From the NCBI GenBank assembly GCA_049322215.1, contig JBMORU010000001.1:1046143-1110142 (forward strand): DNA of 64,000 nucleotides. Direction: 5' to 3'. The stretch is from Patescibacteria group bacterium. Lineage in GTDB: Bacteria > Patescibacteriota > WWE3 > UBA101185 > UBA10185. The stretch's first letter is position 1, and the number at the start of each line of letters is the position of its first letter. Below the pieces are notes generated by a model, which was not told the origin of the DNA, ran no database searches, and saw only the letters and a list, made by a program, of their open reading frames with translations. This document shows, piece by piece, positions 61,001 to 64,000 of the stretch. The position numbers and the translations under genes are program-made.

Positions 61001-64000
61001 ACATAACATTATCTGACAATTATTGGCTAGGTTTAGGTACTTCCGCAGGAAGAATCGAATTTGATAACCAAGCTACCGATGAAATTAACTTTTTAGACGC
61101 TAATGTGGGCATTGGCACTTCTTCTCCTTCAGCTCTGTTAAGTGTTGGTGCAACTAATCAGTTTACAATAAATGGAAGTGGAGCAATAACTGCAGCTGCA
61201 GGAATTACTTCAAGTGGAAATATAACTTTCAGCGGTTTATCAACCGACGGTGTAGTTACGGTTTCATCAGGTTTGTTAGGCAGTGAAGCACAACTAGCAA
61301 TCGCTCGTGGTGGAACAAACTCTACCGCTACTCCTACTGCTGGTGCTATTGCTTACGGTACTGGTACTGCTTATGGATTTTCTAGCGCCGGTACTTCAGG
61401 TCAGTTATTACAAAGTAACGGTACTGGGGCACCAACTTGGGTAAACGCAGCAAGCGTAGGCACTAACTACTGGGATAGAACTGGTACTTTAGTTACTCCT
61501 TTGACAATTGCTGACAATATTGCCACATTAGGTAGCATAGGAGTTGGAACAACCAACCCAGCTGCTGCTTTATCCGTAGGCGCAGCAAGTGAATTTAGAG
61601 TTGACTCAAACGGTAACATTACAAGAATAAACGATGTAGCCTACTCTTTCCCTGCTTCGCAAGCAGCTGCTGATAATTATGTTTTAACAAATGATGGAAG
61701 TGGTAACCTAACTTGGGAATCTGTTAGTGGCGTTGGGGGTTTAACAGGCTCTGGAAGCAATGGGCAGTTGACATATTGGAATGGAGCCAATTCTTTAACC
61801 GGTAACTTCAATTTATTTTTAGATACTTCAAATACTCGGTTAGGTATTGGAACAAGCGCGCCAACAACTGCCTTAGATATAAATAATGGAAACATTACGT
61901 TATCTGACAATTATTGGCTAGGTTTAGGCACAGCTGCAGGAAGAATTGAATTTGACAACCAAGCTACCGATGAAATTAACTTTTTAGGTGCTAATGTTGG
62001 TATAGGAACTTCTTCCCCATCCGCTTTGTTAAGTGTGGGTGCAAGCAGTCAATTTACAGTAAACGGTAGTGGTGCAATTACCGCTGCTACAGGGATTACC
62101 TCAAGCGGTAACATAACTTTCAGCGGTTTATCAACCGATGGTGTGGTTACAGTTTCATCAGGCTTACTTGGAAGCGAAGCGCAACTAGCAATCGCTCGTG
62201 GTGGAACAAATTCTACCGCTACACCAACTGCTGGTGCTATTTCTTACGGTACTGGTACTGCTTATGGATTTTCTAGCGCCGGTACTTCAGGTCAGTTATT
62301 ACAAAGTAACGGTACTGGGGCACCAACTTGGGTAAACGCTTCAAGTGTAGGTACCAACTACTGGGATCGAACAGGTACTCTAGTTACTCCTTTAACAATT
62401 ACTGATAATATTGCAACTCTTGGAAATATAGGTATTGGTACAACAAATCCAGCCGCTGTTTTAAGTGTAGGTTCAACAAGTGAATTTAGAGTTGACTCAA
62501 ATGGCAACATCACAAGAATAAACGATGTAGCATACTCTTTCCCTGCTTCTCAGGCTGCCGCTGATAATTACGTTTTAACAAACGACGGAAGCGGTAATTT
62601 AACTTGGGAATCTGTAAGCGGTGTGGGCGGAATAACTGGATCTGGAAACAACGGGCAACTTACTTTTTGGAATGGTACTAACTCACTAAGTGGCTCTTAC
62701 GGACTATTTTTAGATACTTCAAATAACTATTTAGGAATTGGAACAAGTGCACCAAATACAGCGCTTGATATAAACAACGGAAATATAACGCTATCTGACA
62801 ATTACTGGTTAGGTTTAGGCACAGCTGCAGGAAGAGTTGAATTCGACAATCAAGCTACCGACGAAATTAACTTTTTAGGTGCTAATGTTGGTATAGGAAC
62901 TTCTTCTCCTTCAGCTTTGCTAAGCGTGGGCGCAGGTAACCAATTTACAGTAAATGGTAGCGGTGCAATTACTGCTGCAACAGGTATTACATCAAGTGGA
63001 AATATTACATTTAGTGGACTATCAACCGATGGTGTAGTTACAGTTTCATCAGGCTTACTAGGAAGTGAAGCACAACTTGCAATTGCTCGTGGCGGAACAA
63101 ATTCTACCGCTACTCCTACTGCTGGCGCTATTGCTTACGGTACTGGTACTGCCTACAACTTTAGCTCTGCAGGAACCTCAGGCCAACTATTACAAAGCAA
63201 CGGTACTGGAGCACCTACTTGGGTAAACTCCGACACTGTTGGTATAAACTACTGGGATAGAACTGGTACTTTAGTTACTCCTTTGACAATTACTGATAAT
63301 ATTGCAACTCTTGGAAATATAGGTATTGGTACAACAAATCCAGCTGCTGCGTTATCGGTTGGTTCAACAAGTGAATTTAGAGTTGACTCAAACGGCAACA
63401 TTACAAGAATAAACGATGTAGCCTACTCTTTCCCTGCTTCGCAAGCAGCTTCTGACAATTATGTTTTAACAAATGATGGTAGTGGTAACTTAACCTGGGA
63501 ATCTGTTAGTGGCGTTGGGGGTTTAACAGGCTCTGGTAGTACAGGACAATTAACATACTGGAACGGTGCGAATTCTTTAACAGGTGACTTCAACTTTTTC
63601 CTAGACTCAAACAATGCCAGACTCGGTATTGGTACTTCAGCACCTACTACCGCTTTAGATATAAATAATGGAAATATAACACTATCTGACAATTACTGGT
63701 TAGGTTTAGGAAGTGCTGCTGGAAGAATTGAATTTGATAACCAGGCTACCGACGAAATTAACTTTTTAGGCGCTAATGTGGGTATTGGCACTTCTTCTCC
63801 TTCAGCTCTATTAAGTGTTGGTGCGGGTAATCAATTTACTGTCAACGGTAGCGGAGCCATTACTGCCGCCACAGGTATAAACTCGAGCGGAAATATTACA
63901 TTTAGTGGACTTTCAACCGACGGCGTAGTTACAGTTTCTTCTGGCCTACTCGGTAGTGAGGCACAACTTGCAATTGCTCGTGGTGGAACAAACTCTACCG
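55072..64000 (+). CDS. giant membrane-anchored surface repeat protein with N-terminal MerR/excisionase-type HTH; 3' end beyond window (more than 2970 aa)
   Basis: GAAGG RBS then ATG at 55072; frame stays open to the window edge (verified at repeat anchors, codon phase 1). 'LSVSKAAKILKISPSTLRRLEQNGKI' HTH; one TM 'LQTATITLILVVILGAFGL'; then Gly/Thr/Ser/Asn-rich repeats. Minus-strand 77-aa ORFs here are antisense artefacts. Confidence 0.7.
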   Translation, partial: MSHDPAQRNKEIINNSISPRASEGLSVSKAAKILKISPSTLRRLEQNGKIKSTRAANGYRSFSIDEIRKLKVQLDKQDLLEKPELRVLEKQLKTNNNIKPSQKNIPVTEEIKTGQSYKQVIKPKYQLKNFNKLSNALQTATITLILVVILGAFGLKGTDTIKYKTVTNSVKGLLTTTNTSESLLDSDNTEDSAVLAERSQNPLWTFNINVPSTFRQDVQITQNLQIDQNANIDGIVTTPNVTFTGTGTINQLDAIDDITETTLENALDINGDVIGIGLNNVTIVDGAITVNKLADVLEYEGTLSIEGEFLLGGDSGSEGDILTSGGSGIPQWVAPSEINAGQVDGLSGDQFLRSDTSDEFTSGTLSLSNGTFLDLGTIDHTSTSPQGIRLPQSTAFTAPSSGEGYIAWDTASNTLVVYDGSSWSSIQGLFTNSGDLTYLSETTDNLTIGGTTSLAKLGISGDADEIQLLVRGNSTQTTDLVVFEQSDGTNVFSVNNNGTITIPSGQDLVIGSIGLGDTAASTTSGANLIGVYTDIFTNISPVGSDLQSVLETIDSSIGSGSSRWSTTSGTLHPNTLAENLAVGGTSPTAAPFGINVSSNTVYIGDAVTAGNTTLTFKSNSGASTGNLIYNTSDQFQFSGGNVVVDGQLITGSSVINLTTATGYLDADAIQLLNLGTGSTASSSGLEVSSDRIGLLQGCANGEVLKWNEASGLWQCATDSGASSAVVLVEENDVSVGTNVGTLDFINVFSLNESPSGEVNIDIADNALNFTELESALTLDTDTSINFYTGAADANLRYYNSNDATELLFIDGNNGRIGIGNTSPSALLGIGSTNQFTVNSSGAITAATGITSSGNITFSGLSTDGVVTVSSGLLDSEAQLAIARGGTNSTATPTAGAISYGTGTAYGFSTAGTSGQLLQSNGTGAPTWVDSDTVGINYWDRTGTLVTPLTITDNIATLGSIGVGTTNPAAALSVGATSEFRVDSNGNITRINDVAYSFPASQAAAPNYVLTNDGSGNLTWQSVSGVGGITGSGSTGQLTYWNASNSLTGNFNLFWNNSNSRLGIGTSAPATALDINNGNITLSDNYWLGLGTAAGRIEFDNQATDEINFLGANVGIGTSSPSSLLSVGATNQFTVNGSGAITAATGITSSGNITFSGLSTDGVVTVSSGLLGSEAQLAIARGGTNSTATPTAGAIAYGTGTAYGFSSAGTSGQLLQSNGTGAPTWINAASVGTNYWDRTGTLVTPLTITDNVATLGSIGIGTTNPAAALSVGGSSEFRVDTNGNITRINDVAYSFPASQAASDNYVLTNDGSGNLTWESVSGVGGLTGSGNTGQLTYWNAANSIAGNFNFFLDTTNNRLGIGTSAPTSALDINNGNITLSDNYWLGLGTAAGRIEFDNQATDEINFLGANVGIGTSSPSALLSVGAGSQFTVNGSGAVTAATGITSSGNITFSGLSTDGVVTVSSGLLGSEAQLATARGGTNSIATPTAGAISYGTGTAYNFSSAGTSGQLLQSNGTGAPTWINSASVGTNYWDRTGTLVTPLTISDDLASLGNVGIGLTNPIGALHVTGDEVRIGDAGTINFATADGDLYVEDALEVDGSTYLSTLYLAGTQVTSTAAELNLLDGSTAVLGGLVFGNGTYLTQDAANIFWDDSTNRLGIGTTGPQAALSVGATSEFRVDSTGNVTRINDIAYSFPASQAGASNYVLTNDGSGNLTWESVSGVGGLTGSGSTGQATFWNGTNALTGNFNYFWDNNTNRLGIGTSAPQASLSVGSSSEFRVDASGNVTRINDVVYSFPASQATSGNYVLTNDGSGNLTWESVSGVGGLTGSGNTGQLTYWNGTNALTGNFNLFWDTSTNRLGIGTSAPQASLSIGSASEFRVDSNGNVTRINDVAYSFPASQAASDNYVLTNDGSGNLTWESVSGVGGITGAGSNGQLTYWNGANSLTGNFDLFLDSNNSRLGIGTSAPTTALDINNGNITLSDNYWLGLGTSAGRIEFDNQATDEINFLDANVGIGTSSPSALLSVGATNQFTINGSGAITAAAGITSSGNITFSGLSTDGVVTVSSGLLGSEAQLAIARGGTNSTATPTAGAIAYGTGTAYGFSSAGTSGQLLQSNGTGAPTWVNAASVGTNYWDRTGTLVTPLTIADNIATLGSIGVGTTNPAAALSVGAASEFRVDSNGNITRINDVAYSFPASQAAADNYVLTNDGSGNLTWESVSGVGGLTGSGSNGQLTYWNGANSLTGNFNLFLDTSNTRLGIGTSAPTTALDINNGNITLSDNYWLGLGTAAGRIEFDNQATDEINFLGANVGIGTSSPSALLSVGASSQFTVNGSGAITAATGITSSGNITFSGLSTDGVVTVSSGLLGSEAQLAIARGGTNSTATPTAGAISYGTGTAYGFSSAGTSGQLLQSNGTGAPTWVNASSVGTNYWDRTGTLVTPLTITDNIATLGNIGIGTTNPAAVLSVGSTSEFRVDSNGNITRINDVAYSFPASQAAADNYVLTNDGSGNLTWESVSGVGGITGSGNNGQLTFWNGTNSLSGSYGLFLDTSNNYLGIGTSAPNTALDINNGNITLSDNYWLGLGTAAGRVEFDNQATDEINFLGANVGIGTSSPSALLSVGAGNQFTVNGSGAITAATGITSSGNITFSGLSTDGVVTVSSGLLGSEAQLAIARGGTNSTATPTAGAIAYGTGTAYNFSSAGTSGQLLQSNGTGAPTWVNSDTVGINYWDRTGTLVTPLTITDNIATLGNIGIGTTNPAAALSVGSTSEFRVDSNGNITRINDVAYSFPASQAASDNYVLTNDGSGNLTWESVSGVGGLTGSGSTGQLTYWNGANSLTGDFNFFLDSNNARLGIGTSAPTTALDINNGNITLSDNYWLGLGSAAGRIEFDNQATDEINFLGANVGIGTSSPSALLSVGAGNQFTVNGSGAITAATGINSSGNITFSGLSTDGVVTVSSGLLGSEAQLAIARGGTNST
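57520..64000 (+). repeat. coding tandem repeat array, unit about 891 bp (297 aa), at least 7 copies, about 90% nt identity, continuing past window end
   Basis: Anchor 'GACAATTACTGG' recurs at 58318, 59209, 61015, 61905, 62796, 63688 (spacings 891, 1806, 890, 891, 892). An irregular unit with unique 59700-60030 insert lies between copies 2 and 3. Confidence 0.85.

Noticed and set aside
58770-63692. Minus-strand 69-108-aa ORFs (58770..58979, 58980..59213, 59661..59987, 61677..61910, 63459..63692)
   Set aside because: These are antisense open frames created by the Gly/Thr/Ser-rich codon bias of the giant plus-strand repeat gene. They recur with the 891-bp period and are artefacts.
57520-64000. 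Regular repeats considered as a CRISPR array
   Set aside because: The period is about 891 bp, the repeats are in-frame coding sequence, and there are no short direct repeats with unique spacers. Not CRISPR.

Overview
This 64-kb window comes from a gene-dense, low-GC bacterial chromosome (roughly one-third GC by eye) using the standard code (TGA/TAA/TAG all act as stops). Most of it is housekeeping: rpsF-ssb-rpsR, ychF, cysS, recR, dnaX, pth-ybeY-yqeY-rpsU-HIT, rseP, frr, tsf, rpsB, glyA, topA, dprA, mrdA-mreDCB, def-fmt, rpmB, four tRNAs (Thr-Tyr-Thr, then Trp), secE-nusG-rplK-rplA, and an F1Fo ATP synthase operon. Proteins are short and streamlined (152-aa EF-Ts, 62-aa S21, weak Shine-Dalgarno sites), which suggests a reduced-genome lineage such as Patescibacteria/CPR; that is an inference only. 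Six regions are non-routine.
1. About 10 kb between tRNA-Trp and secE (36086-46286) is organised as cassettes. A 10-nt motif ACTATAGGTT occurs four times in 4 kb and matches the T7 promoter core; three homologous ~55-nt palindromic terminator hairpins follow. The cassettes hold small peptides, a CPBP/Abi immunity-like intramembrane protease, a GC-anomalous patch with a gene frameshifted at an A5 run, a secreted protein, a 710-aa polytopic membrane protein and a Kv-type K+ channel.
2. A giant ORF runs from 55072 off the 3' end of the window (more than 2970 aa seen). It has an N-terminal MerR/excisionase-type HTH, one transmembrane helix, and at least seven near-identical ~891-bp tandem coding repeats.
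3. The ATP synthase operon has no atpB gene (no ORF of 60 aa or more on either strand in the 740 bp upstream). Its first gene is a 258-aa secreted protein whose C-terminal ~65 aa resemble a c-subunit hairpin without the conserved ion-binding carboxylate.
4. A 235-nt, relatively GC-rich hairpin-dense region with a strong intrinsic terminator lies immediately upstream of folD (riboswitch/attenuator-like; no known riboswitch class could be matched).
5. A GC-rich (~50%) SAP-domain plus membrane gene at 30982-31938 looks horizontally acquired.
6. A small cluster at 6686-7990 carries a PD-(D/E)XK-like protein, a translationally coupled 64-aa Cys protein, and a GC-elevated Cys/His-rich (HNH-like?) protein.
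No CRISPR array, rRNA or recognisable transposase was seen.
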